Source: Octopus vulgaris (taxonomy: Eukaryota). From it: a stretch of DNA of 64,000 nucleotides. Shown piece after piece: positions 24,601-35,739 of this stretch. A program made the translations under genes and the position numbers. Position 1 is the stretch's first letter, and each line of letters begins with the position of its first letter. Below the pieces are notes generated by a model. The model worked only from the letters and a program-made list of their open reading frames with translations. It was not told the DNA's origin and ran no database searches. The DNA lies in NCBI GenBank assembly GCA_951406725.2, contig OX597814.1, positions 110,050,001 through 110,114,000 of the forward strand, written 5' to 3'.

Positions 24601-26689
24601 AATTTCAGGAAGCATGAAAGTTTTGAAGGCTGTAGTGTTTCAATAGCTAACAACTGATGCAGGTAGTTTATTCCATAGTTCAGCAATTCTGACTGTGAAA
24701 AAATCCTGTGTAATCTGTTGTCGCCTATTTTGATTGTAATATGTACTACTTTTTGGTAAGGGTCTCATTCCATCAAAGCCTCAAGTCATCTTAGGTCTTG
24801 CGAGTGAAATTTGATAAACAGAATCTCTGTGGTTGTCAGTCAGGGTGCACCAGTTCAGCTTGTGGGACGGCTTCAGAGGGAGTTCATTCTATTGCAAATT
24901 TTTAGCCCAAGCCTCCAGATGTATTGCTTCCAACTGCAACAAAACATGGGTTAAAGGTCCATTCTTAACAAAAGTCCAGCCCGAAAAAGGAAAAATAAAA
25001 AGATATGGACCCAACTTTTGTTCCTCTAAGCAAACAATAAAAAAAAGCAAAAGGTTTTTAAATAGCAACAGAAGCAGTATTAATATGAGTTTCAAAATTT
25101 GGCACAAGGCCAGCAACTTTTTTGATGAGGGAGGAAAAGTTGATTATATTGACCCCAGTAGTCAACTGGTACTTATTTTATCGACTCTGTAAAGGATGAT
25201 AGACAGAGCTGACCTCAGCTGGATTTAAACTCAGAACATAAAGATGGACAAAATGCCGCTGAGCATTTTGCCCAGCATGCTAACAATTCTGTCTGCTCGT
25301 TGCATTATAAACAGCATTAATTCCAAAAGGTAATATTTATCCCCAATTAAAAGGGAATGTTATGTTAGAACACAGAATACTGCTGCTGTAGTTGCCATGA
25401 GAGAACCTCTCATATAGACTTATGGTGCATATAAACACTTTTGTTCATATCACTAGTGAAAGATAACCAGTGCCAGGACTACCAGATCACATGATTTCAG
25501 CCTTCCTTGGTTTTGTCTATGGTAGATGCCCAAAAGCTAGAGATAGCAGTGATTCCACCTCTAGTGGTGAACCATATTGTTAGGGCAGGTGTGAGAGACC
25601 AGATCTGGTCAGTTTGAAAATAAAACAATATTTTGGCTGGAGATGGCCAGTTTAAATGCTAAAGAGTTAAAGGTTTCTGATTTAGGTACCATACCAACAA
25701 ATTTGAGTGGAAGTTGGGCAGCCAATACCATTGACCTTTGTAGCTGACTGGTTCTTTCTTTTATTCATTCCAAAAGGATAAAAGGCAAAGTTAACTTTGG
25801 CAGGATTTGAACTCAGAATGTAAAGAGCTGGAAGAAACACTGCAACATTAACAATTCTGCCAGCTTCCCAATTTCTCCCTAATCAACAGAAAACGATGTT
25901 GTTTAGTTTATTATTTCTCTCCTTGTATTCTAACGGAATGGGAATGTTATGACAAACATCAGAAACTGGAACTAGGAAATAGTTATTTATATTTACTGCC
26001 ATGTCACATAAAGCAAGGACAAAGGTCAATCAAAAAATGAGAAAAAAATAAAAAATAAAACACTGATTAACACACATTAATCATGTGCTGCTCAATATTT
26101 TTTTTATTAATTCAGTGACTGTAAGCCAGCTATCTTGTTGTACAAGGCTTTTCCAAAATGGTTGCTTATCAAATCTGATGATCAAAAACAGCTGATAAAT
26201 TTACGTGAACTTTGAACTGTGAATTAGCAATTACACCTGAATATAAACCAAGACACTATCATGCACAGATAGATTAATTAATTAATTAAATAATTGATTT
26301 AACAGTTTGGTTTCATTATGGGTTTATGATTGGTCTAGATTTCATGTTAACATTTATCACTGTGGTCTCTTGTAATAATTGATGTGTTTCTTCCTTGATA
26401 AACTCTTCCGATTCTATAACGAGGTAATCAATGATGTAACAGATGTTGCACACTAATCACGGCCCAATCAACTATCACCATTAGACCCTATCAAAAGCAA
26501 AACCAGCAGATTTGTTAAATCGAACATCATATCAGGCCAAATCCTTATTAACTTTGGAGATGCTTGTCTTTCAAAAAAACTCTTCCACCACAATAAACGC
26601 TTTTATTTGTAAGATTCAAATGATTTGCTGAAATGGCAGTGGGATTTCAAAGAAAAGATAAACTAATTCCACTGTTTCATTCTGCCCTC

Positions 26690-26750
<61 letters not shown>

Positions 26751-26757
<7 letters not shown>

Positions 26758-26855
26758 AATTTACTTGAAAGAGAATGCATGGCGTTCAATCATATAATAA
26801 TATAAATAATATATATGTATATATGTGTATATATGTATATATATGTATATATATG

Positions 26856-26909
<54 letters not shown>

Positions 26910-27001
26910 ATATTATTATATATACATATATATACATATATATTATTTATATTATTATATGACTGAATTCCATGCATTCTCTTCCAAGTAAATTTTATCT
27001 C
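26751..27001. repeat. Inverted repeat centred on a (TA)n tract
   Basis: GAGATAAAATTTACTTGAAAGAGAATGCATGG...ATAATAATATAAATAATA is inverted at ~26930-27001. Confidence 0.88.
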
Positions 27002-27150
27002 ATTATCATCATCATCATTGTTTAACATCCACTTTCTATGCTGGCATGGGTTGGACGATTTGACTGAGGACTGGCAAGCCAGATAGCTGCACCAGGCTCC
27101 AATCTGATCTGGCAGAGTTTCTACTGCTGGATGCCCTTCATAATACCAAC

Positions 27151-27208
<58 letters not shown>

Positions 27209-27209
27209 C

Positions 27210-27426
27210 TGAGGGGGTGCTAAAAAGTTCCTGGCTTTGGGTAAAAGAAAATAGAGGAGGATCAGTCAATTATGATTTTATACAACATATACCCCTCTCA
27301 GATTCACACACTTATTGAAGTGGTCCTTCAGTTTTTCTAAGTGTTGTAAAAGAACTTCGAAGCTTGGGCCTCCAACCAGGCCTTTCACAATACTCTTAAA
27401 GCCAGGAACTTTTCAGCACCCCCTTG
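27210..27426. mobile_element. Mariner-type MITE
   Basis: TIRs GAGGGGGTGCTAAAAAGTTCCTGGCTTT / AAAGCCAGGAACTTTTCAGCACCCCCTT next to a (TA)n tract. Confidence 0.8.
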
Positions 27427-27852
27427 TGTGTGTGTATGATGATGATTGCCTCATTTTGTCAGTTCACAGCTTTTGTCACTGAATTTAATTGACAAAAGCT
27501 TTTACAACACTTTTGCCGCTCTCTCAAACTAGAGATGGTCATAAAGGAATTTGAGCTTGCTGGAATTTGAACTCAGAGACCCAGGATGAATGTCACTGGT
27601 CATTCTCTCTCCAATGGCTCTGATGCAGATAGTTTATTCCAATGACTCTACCATACCACCACCTTGTCCATCACACCAGACGTCCAGGTACTCTAACTTA
27701 CAGTCTCTACAATTTCCTTAAACTTCTCTAATTTCTCTAAAATTACCTTCATTTTTCCAGCATCAACTGATTTAGTCTCTCATCACATTCATTGTTCCAA
27801 AGGATTAAATGCAAAACCAAAGAAGCCCCCTAAAATTCACTCCATAATTGCC

Positions 27853-27930
27853 CACGGGAATATGGCGTAGTGGTTAAGAGCGTGGGCTACTAACCCCAAA
27901 ATTCCGAGTTTGATTCCAGCAGTGACCTGG
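27853..27930 (+). mobile_element. Short tRNA-derived SINE head running directly into (TAA)n
   Basis: TGGCGTAGTGG A-box, GGCTACTAACC anticodon-arm-like segment, GAGTTTGATTCC B-box; the acceptor stem does not close. Confidence 0.65.
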
Positions 27931-27965
<35 letters not shown>

Positions 27966-27966
<1 letters not shown>

Positions 27967-28740
27967 TGATGTAAAAATGGAGCAGAACCAAAATGCCGAT
28001 TCTGCAACGACATGATTGAAACAGTGGACCACCTAATCTCTGGATGTAAAGTCTTAGCACCAGTGGAGTATAAATTAAGACATGACAGAGTTGGCCAATA
28101 TCTCCACTGGCTAATAAGTCGGCATTACAATATCAAAACTGCCGACAAGTGGTATAATCACCACCCTGAGGCTGTAACTGAAGGAGAAAATGTAACGATT
28201 CTGTGGGACTTTCCAGTACATACAGACCGAACCATCAAAGCCAATAAACCAGATATTGTTGTGAAAGACCAAAACAATAAAGTTTGCTTATTGATCGACA
28301 TGAGCATCCCCTGTGATCATAATATCTCAGCGAAAGAGTTTGACAAGCTCAGAAAATATAAAGACCTACTCATTGAAATTGAGAAAATGTGGCATCTCAA
28401 GGTGGTTACAATACCAGTGATCGTAGGAGCACTAGGAATGATCAAGAAGGGAACCGAAAATTATATGAGAATGATCCCTGGCTTACCATCCCTGCAAGAA
28501 GTGCAAAAGATTGTCTTAACTGGTACATCACACGTATTGAGAAGAGCATTGTCGATGTGAGAACTGTTGCTGCTCATGTATTTTAATTTAACTTTAAGAA
28601 AAAAAAAAAAAAGAATAAACGAACGAACTACTGAGTTTGGTTTAATGGCCTACCAATATATACTATGAGTTTCTTTGCCCTAGGAGTCGGGAAGACACTC
28701 GGCAAGAAATGGAAGCAAATTTGAAAGAAGAAAAAAAAAA
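27966..28740 (+). mobile_element. R4/Dong-type 3' fragment, subfamily C, with an uninterrupted ORF end
   Basis: KCRFCNDMIETVDHLISGC (CCHC), RHDRVG, KPDIV...LIDMSIP, KLRKYKDL (PD-(D/E)xK RLE); stop at 28560; the 3' UTR is repeated at 29432-29538; TAA flanks. Confidence 0.88.
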
Positions 28741-28775
28741 GTAATAATAATAAAAGAATAATAATAATAATAATG

Positions 28776-28823
<48 letters not shown>

Positions 28824-28824
<1 letters not shown>

Positions 28825-29345
28825 GGTCACAGAAAACGAGAAAGGTCACAGAAAAGGTCACAGAAAACGAGAAAGCAACCATACTCTGGGATATGCCAAT
28901 ACACACAGATAGAGAAATTAAGGCCAACAGACCAGATATAGTTGTCAGAGATCATGAAGAAAAAAAATGCTTTCTAATTGATGTATCAATACCGGCAGAT
29001 GACAATGTGTCTCTAAAAGAAATGGAGAAACTCTCAAAATACAAAGACCTGGAAATAGAGGTAACTAGAATGTGGAATCTGAAAACAGAAACAATTCCTA
29101 TCATAGTAGGTGCATTAGGCATGATAAAAAAATATTCAGACAAATACATAACAAAAACACCAGGACTTACAAACACATATAACATACAGAAAATTGCACT
29201 ACTAGGCACTGCACACATCCTACGCAGAACACTTTCCATACAATAACCATCAGAGCATCACAACAAATCACAGCACATACCCAAGGCACACAGAACTGCG
29301 CTCGGTAGTGAAGTGAAAGCACGCTATAAAAATAAAACTACTGAA
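28824..29345 (+). mobile_element. R4/Dong-type 3' fragment, subfamily B, young
   Basis: ILWDMPIHTDREIKANRPDIV...LIDVSIP...KLSKYKDLEIE; open to the stop at 29246; TAA on both sides. Confidence 0.88.
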
Positions 29346-29347
29346 TA

Positions 29348-29432
<85 letters not shown>

Positions 29433-29618
29433 GTTTGGTTTAATGGCCTACCAATGTATACTATGAGTTTCTTTGCCCTAGGAGTTGGGAAGATGCTCGG
29501 CAAGAAATGGAAGCAAATTTGAAAGAAGAAAAAAAAAAATAATAATAATAATAATAATAACAACAACAATATTGAAAAATACCTTAGGAATGAGAACCCA
29601 GGTTCGAAATTCCCCCAA

Positions 29619-29654
29619 GACACCTGATGAAGGCTGGAGCCGAAATATTGTGTT
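29619..29654 (+). ncRNA. Minimal type I hammerhead ribozyme motif in a ~150-bp repeat (29570-29723)
   Basis: gacac-CTGATGA-a-ggc(tgga)gcc-GAAA-TA-T-T-gtgtt. The core is intact, stems I and II pair, and helix III is the palindrome AATATT. Confidence 0.65.
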
Positions 29655-30034
29655 AACAACAAACAAGAGGAGGACAAATATCCGTCAAATGTAAATAATT
29701 CCTCTTCTCTTAAATATAGAACTGCAAAGAAATGGAATTGTCTCTGCCCAAGTTTGAACTCATGATGTTGAGATATGTAACTCAATGATGAAATTCCTTT
29801 AACCTGATACATTTCTATATCTACTCCTCTACCTTGAATCATTTTAGGAATTAATGAGAATCCCTTGATATCTACTACTCGTCTTTCTTGAGAATGTTAA
29901 GAAATATAAATAAGATGAAATACGTCTCTAATTAAAATTGATTGGTTTGAGGCTTTAACACGGCAGGTTATTAAATTATATCTATGGTGTCCCTTACAAC
30001 CTGTATTAGTGATTCAGTTGACACTTTCTCTCAC

Positions 30035-30191
30035 CTGCTTTATTAACCTTATTTTCCATCTAATCATACAAATAACGTGCTGCAGACATCTGTCGAGTGA
30101 CATGGCTGTCATTTTTTTTTCACCAAATGTGGAAATTTTCACATTTCTTTTCCCTTTTAGCTTTGTCATTACACTTGTCATTTGATTTCTG
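30035..30191 (-). other. Candidate exon
   Basis: aatttccaag|cag acceptor and a strong CAG|gtgaga donor. One frame is open throughout (MTSVMTKLKGKRNVKISTFGEKKMTAMSLDRCLQHVICMIRWKIRLIKQ). Confidence 0.22.
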
Positions 30192-30371
30192 CTTGGAAAT
30201 TTATTAAAAATCTATTATTATTATTATCATTGTTATGTTTATTATTCACTGAGGTCAACTTTGCCTTTCATCCTTTTGGGGTCAATAAATTGAATACCAG
30301 TGAAACACTGGGTTTGATGTGATCAACTAGTCCCCGTGCCCCAGATTTCATGCCTTGTGCCTTTAGTAGAA

Positions 30372-30404
<33 letters not shown>

Positions 30405-30422
30405 GAGTGAGAGAGCAGTGAA

Positions 30423-30458
<36 letters not shown>

Positions 30459-30481
30459 CATCGTCATCATCATCATCATCA

Positions 30482-30512
<31 letters not shown>

Positions 30513-30516
<4 letters not shown>

Positions 30517-30748
30517 TAGTTTTATTTTTATAGCGTGCTTTCACTTCACTACCGAGCGCAGCTCTGTGTGCCTTGGGTATGTGCTGTGATTTGTTGTGAT
30601 GCTCTGATGGTTATTGTATGGAAAGTGTTCTGCGTAGGATGTGTGCAGTGCCTAGTAGTGCAATTTTCTGTATGTTATATGTGTTTGTAAGTCCTGGTGT
30701 TTTTGTTATGTATTTGTCTGAATATTTTTTTATCATGCCTAATGCACC
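30513..30748 (-). mobile_element. R4/Dong-type 3' fragment, subfamily B
   Basis: Reverse complement of 29110-29345 with one visible mismatch; lies within (TTA)n. Confidence 0.88.
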
Positions 30749-30786
<38 letters not shown>

Positions 30787-30796
30787 GTTATTATTA

Positions 30797-30828
<32 letters not shown>

Positions 30829-30831
30829 GTT

Positions 30832-31222
30832 AAGGCGATGAGCTGGCAGAATCTTTTGCATGCTGGGCGAAATGCTTATCGGTATTTTGTCTGCCGCTAA
30901 GTTCTGAGTTCAAATTCCGACGCGGTTGACTTTGCCTTTCATCCTTTCAGGGTCGATTAAATAAGTACCAGTTACGCACTGGGGTCGATATAATCGACTT
31001 AATCCGTTTGTCTGTCCTTGTTTGTCCCCTCTATGTTTAGCCCCTTGTGGGCAGTAAGGAAATAGGTATTTCACCTGTCACTACATTGTGAGTTCAAATT
31101 CCACCGAGGTCGACTTTGCCTTTCCTCCTTTTGGGGTCAATAAATCAAGTACCAGTTGTGTACTAGGGGCAAATGTCCCCCTCCCCCAAATTTCAGGCCT
31201 TGTGCCTATAGGAGAAAGGATT
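30832..31222 (+). mobile_element. Two adjacent or nested Meta-like SINEs
   Basis: A full copy at 30832-31064 is followed by a second B-box, core and tail. Confidence 0.75.
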
Positions 31223-31234
31223 CTTCATCTTCTT

Positions 31235-31322
<88 letters not shown>

Positions 31323-31357
31323 TTATTATTATCCTCATCATCATCATTATTATCATT

Positions 31358-32009
31358 ACCTTTGCACAGCTTCTAATGCTGGAGATGTATTACAGTGTCA
31401 GCTGTTCACTACCAGTGAACTAAGGTAACACTTCTTATCTTTTGAGCACCTTCCGGAGTTTTTGAGAAGTTCCAAACAGTGCTGTTTTCAAGTGCTCCAC
31501 CCTTATTGCAGCCCCTATTTGTTCCAAGTACTTCTCAAGATTTTTGCTCACTGTTCCCAGGGCTCGGACAATTATTGGTAGTGCTACCATCTTTTACATT
31601 GACCACAACTGCTTAACTTCCCAAGCTAACCTGTCATATCTATCGACTTTTCTTTTTTCCTTATCGCATATCTAGTTGTTAGCTGGGCATGCTATGTCTA
31701 TGATGCAGCCTAGTTTGTTTTCTTTCTCAATTAAAACTATATCTGGCTTCCGATTCTCTATCTCATGGTCGCACTGAATCATAAAATACCATAGGATCTT
31801 TGCATTTCTATTTTCAATGATGCCTTCAGGTTTGTGGTCGTACCAATTTTTTACTCTGTCAAGTCCATACTTGTTGCAAAGTGTCTAATGGACAAGCCTG
31901 GCTATATTGTTGTGGCGTCTCTTATATTCTTTCTGGGCTAGTGGCGTACATTGGCTGGTAATATGCCATATGGTTTCACCGTTTTATCAACAGATTCTGC
32001 ACTTACCAC

Positions 32010-32011
<2 letters not shown>
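31358..32011 (-). mobile_element. R4/Dong-type 3' fragment, subfamily A
   Basis: Reverse complement is collinear with 10240-10884; lies within (TTA)n. Confidence 0.85.
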
Positions 32012-32054
<43 letters not shown>

Positions 32055-34647
32055 GTTATTATTGTTATTATTATTATTATCATTATCATCATCATCATCA
32101 TCATCATCAAAGTTGTAAGCTGGCAGAACTGTTAGCATGCTGGGAAAAATGCTTAGTGGCATTTCATCTGTGTTTATGTTCTGAGTTCAAGTTCTGCTGA
32201 GTCTGACGTTGCCTTTCATCCTTTTGGGGTGATAAAATAAGTACCAGTCATGTACAGGGGAGGCGGGGGGGAGTCGATGTAATCAGCTTATTCCCGTTAG
32301 GAAGGATGCCCTTCCTAATGCCAACCACTCCCTAAGTGTAGTGGGTGCTTTTTACTTGCCACCGGCATGGGCCAGAGGAGGCTGGCAATGGCCTCGGCTG
32401 GCAGAATATTATTTGTTAAACAGAATTAAAGAGTGTGGCAAGAAAACCTCCCAGATTCACCATTCTTGATCCGTGTTTCAACAAATCTTCAACGTGCATA
32501 AATTGAAACCATAATAACTTTTTTTAAAAAATAACAAAAAGATGGAGGAAACATTAGCTACATGAAGACATCATTATCATCTGCCTAACTTCACTGGTAC
32601 GACAACAATAGCCGTATCGAATATGGGAGGTTTTTTCTGTCTCATCCTGTATTAAATGCAAAAATTGACACACTACTGGCAGAGTTGCTCCAGAGTTCTT
32701 AGCAAAAGTACTTTAAGCTCAGGCTAAAACATATCAAATCAAGTACACTATGTTAAAAAACACATGGAAACTTCAACAAACTTGTTGTGTATTATGAAAC
32801 AACAAAAAAATGCTGTATTTGGTAATTTTCTTTCATCTTGCTTTGCAAGTTTTTCAGTTGGATTTGCACACGGTACAGTCGTTGTTTGTCACTCATTCTT
32901 TTGTGAACAAAACTACACTAAATGTAGGGATTTTCAGTGAATAGCAAATTTCTTAACACTATTATTATTAATCAGAGCAGAAAATATCGTATTATTTACA
33001 ACAAAAGAGTAATTTAATAAGTCCAGTTCATTCATTAACTTGGTTGACAATAACGGAATCTAATCCTTCCCTTTTCTTGAGAAATGTTGAAACAAAACAA
33101 TGATGTATCTGTTCATTCTTAATATGTTTCTGGTAGAATCAAATGCGAGTATCTGATGGCTGTTGTTTTCCATAATTGGAAAACATCTCCCACTGTTAGA
33201 TCATATACTACGTTCATTACACCCATGATTCTTAACATCAATCAAATTTCTACATTCTGATCTGCCAGAAGATATTAAGAATGAATAGATTCATTATGGT
33301 TTAGATTCTTGGTGTTCTCTGTCCAATTCACGAATTATTATCTGTTTGACAAGCATCGGCACATATAAGCAAATAATTTGCTGATTTCTATAAACAAGAG
33401 CTAGCAGACTTCCTATTTTTGTTTCTTAGAACATGACTTCAAAAAAAAGAAAAACAAGGAAACACTGTATATGTCCACACAATCTCCAATCACTCCAACT
33501 ATATTTAGAAATATGGTAGCAACTTATCCTCCAATATTGTAATTGCCAATAAAACAGCCCTCTACTTTAAGGAGAAGCTTGCCAGGAGACGTTTTGCTTC
33601 GAAGTTAGTTTGTATGGAGAATCTCTGATCCCCTTTACATTCAAGGAGAATTAAGAAGCAGCAAAGAATCTCATTCACACTCACAAACACATATCCCATT
33701 AACTTAAACATCACTACAAATAAAGCAAGGGAGTTTCTATCTCACGGAAAGAGCCATTTTCTGATTACACAAATACTATATACGCTTTAACACATACATC
33801 GTTAATGTTAGCTACTCTTGCCTAAACAATATCACTTCCAACATCACACGAACAAGTTTCCATGTCAAAATCAAGCCACTACTTTGTTTAGGAGATTCTG
33901 TCTTTCCACAGCCTTGGTATATCAATAAACCCTCACTCTACTAGAGCAATATGGGGGCTTACTGCTAATGACTTCTAGAAACAGCACAGCCAGCATCTGC
34001 ACTCCATTAGGAATAGAAACAGGGTAAACTCTACTTCACTGTCTTGTTTTGTCTGGGATATCATGAGAACTTTTCTAACTTTCTAACTTGGAACATTGTT
34101 GATAAAGCTCCTCTTTGGTCTAATTATTTGTGTAATTACAGATTCTGCCTGGTTAAGAAACTGTATATACTAAAAGAAGCCAAGGTATTCATCAACAGAT
34201 GCAGCTCGGAATTTTGTCAGTGAATAGGTCACAGTCTCAAAGCAACAAAAATACTTTGGCAAATTAAATTTAAATGTTGAAGTGAATCTAACGGTTTTTG
34301 TGTGTTTCTTAAATGGCTTATAAACACCTTCCACACTGCAATTGTTTTTGTTCCAGCACATGATCTCAGATCAGGTCACTTGCTATGCAAGTACATCTCC
34401 GTAACATTTTCAAGTGATTGACTTGGAAAATTATGCCAGTCAACGATTGCAATGTAGAAGAGTAATGCAAGATAGACTCCTTGCTAAAGAATTTTGAACC
34501 TGTTGCTTCTCTTACAACCTACTAGTTTTCTATGGTGTCATATATAAATAGCCCGTGGCAGTTCTCACCATGAAGCCTGCTTTGGCAAATGGAAGCCAAA
34601 TTTACCAGCTCTCAGTTTGGATCTGCCTTTCAAGTCATAGGTAGCTA

Positions 34648-34862
34648 AAATTTTACTCTGTTTCTGACTCACGAGTCATAACTGTCTATCAAATTTTACT
34701 CCATTTCTGACTCATGAGTCATAACTGTCCATTTTTTTGGTCATAACTATCCATCAAATTTTACTCCATTTTTGACTCATGAGTCATAACTGTCCATCTT
34801 TTTTTGTCATAACTATCCATCAAATTTTATTCCATTTCTGACTCATGAGTCATAACTGTCCA
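34648..34862. repeat. Tandem repeat of four 43-66-bp units carrying TGACTCAYGAGTCA
   Basis: Unit AAATTTTACTCCATTTCTGACTCATGAGTCATAACTGTCC. Confidence 0.9.
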
Positions 34863-34911
34863 GCTTCAAACTTAAACTGGACACATTGTACTGAGTATTC
34901 CTTTCATTTGT

Positions 34912-35674
34912 ATGCTGGTAGAATGTGTTTATAAAACATCATTTTCTCTTGGCTTTATTGAGAAAATTCTATAGGTTGTAACATATTTCGTCTAAAATTT
35001 CTTGCATTTCGGCAATTTTAACCAATCAGTTACCTCCATTGACGTAAATGACATTCTGTGCATAATGAATATGTCCCTCCTTTAAGAAACAGATTGGGTT
35101 TATTTACATTTGTGAAGAAAAATGATACCCTTCCCCCACCCCTAACCCTAACCCTAACCCTAACTCTAACCCTAAATCTAAAATAGATTGAAATGCAATA
35201 GATCGATACTAGGGTTATAATTATGGGTGACAATTTCATACGACACCGCTACGGAAAATGGGATTTTTTCTAGCGGTGTCAAATGAAAATGTCACCCATA
35301 ATTATGGCCCTAGTATCGATCTATTGCATTTCAATCTATTTTAGATTTAGGCTTAGGGTTAGGGTTAGGGTTAGGGGTTGGGGAAGGGTATCTTTTTTTC
35401 TTCACAAATGTAAATAAACCCAATCTGTTTCTTAAAGGAGGGACATATTCATTATGCACAGAATGTTATTTACGTCAATGGAGGTAATTGATTGGTTAAA
35501 ATTGCCGAAATGCAAGAAATTTTAGACGAAATATGTTACAACCTTTAGAATTTTCTCAATAAAGCCAAGAGAAAATGATGTTTTATAAACACATTCTACC
35601 AGTATTCGAAGTTTAAAACTTTTTAGTTACCTAGAAATTATGTTACAAAGTGCCGTTCAAAAGGAAAAGATCCG
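34912..35674. mobile_element. Large foldback (MITE-like) element with internal telomeric repeats
   Basis: 34912-35258 is inverted at ~35263-35605. (CCCTAA)n lies at ~35140-35175 and (TTAGGG)n at ~35347-35385. The extension to ...AAAAGATCCG (35674) is the presumed right end, so the left end looks truncated. Confidence 0.88.
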
Positions 35675-35739
35675 ATGCTCCTAAACGCTCAAGGTTCCCC
35701 TAGACGTAGTAGATAGTTTATGTTACATAAGAGACTTAA

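Noticed and set aside
24845-25025. - strand segment after a strong acceptor (25025)
   Set aside because: No convincing donor and no open frame through it.
30085-30112. MTAMSLDRC resemblance to a GPCR DRY motif
   Set aside because: No preceding hydrophobic helix; likely coincidence.
32700-34130. Possible decayed retroelement ORF on the - strand
   Set aside because: Could not read diagnostic motifs with confidence.
35140-35385. Telomere fusion or chromosome end
   Set aside because: Only ~5-6 units per side, with the wrong polarity for a fusion, embedded in a foldback.
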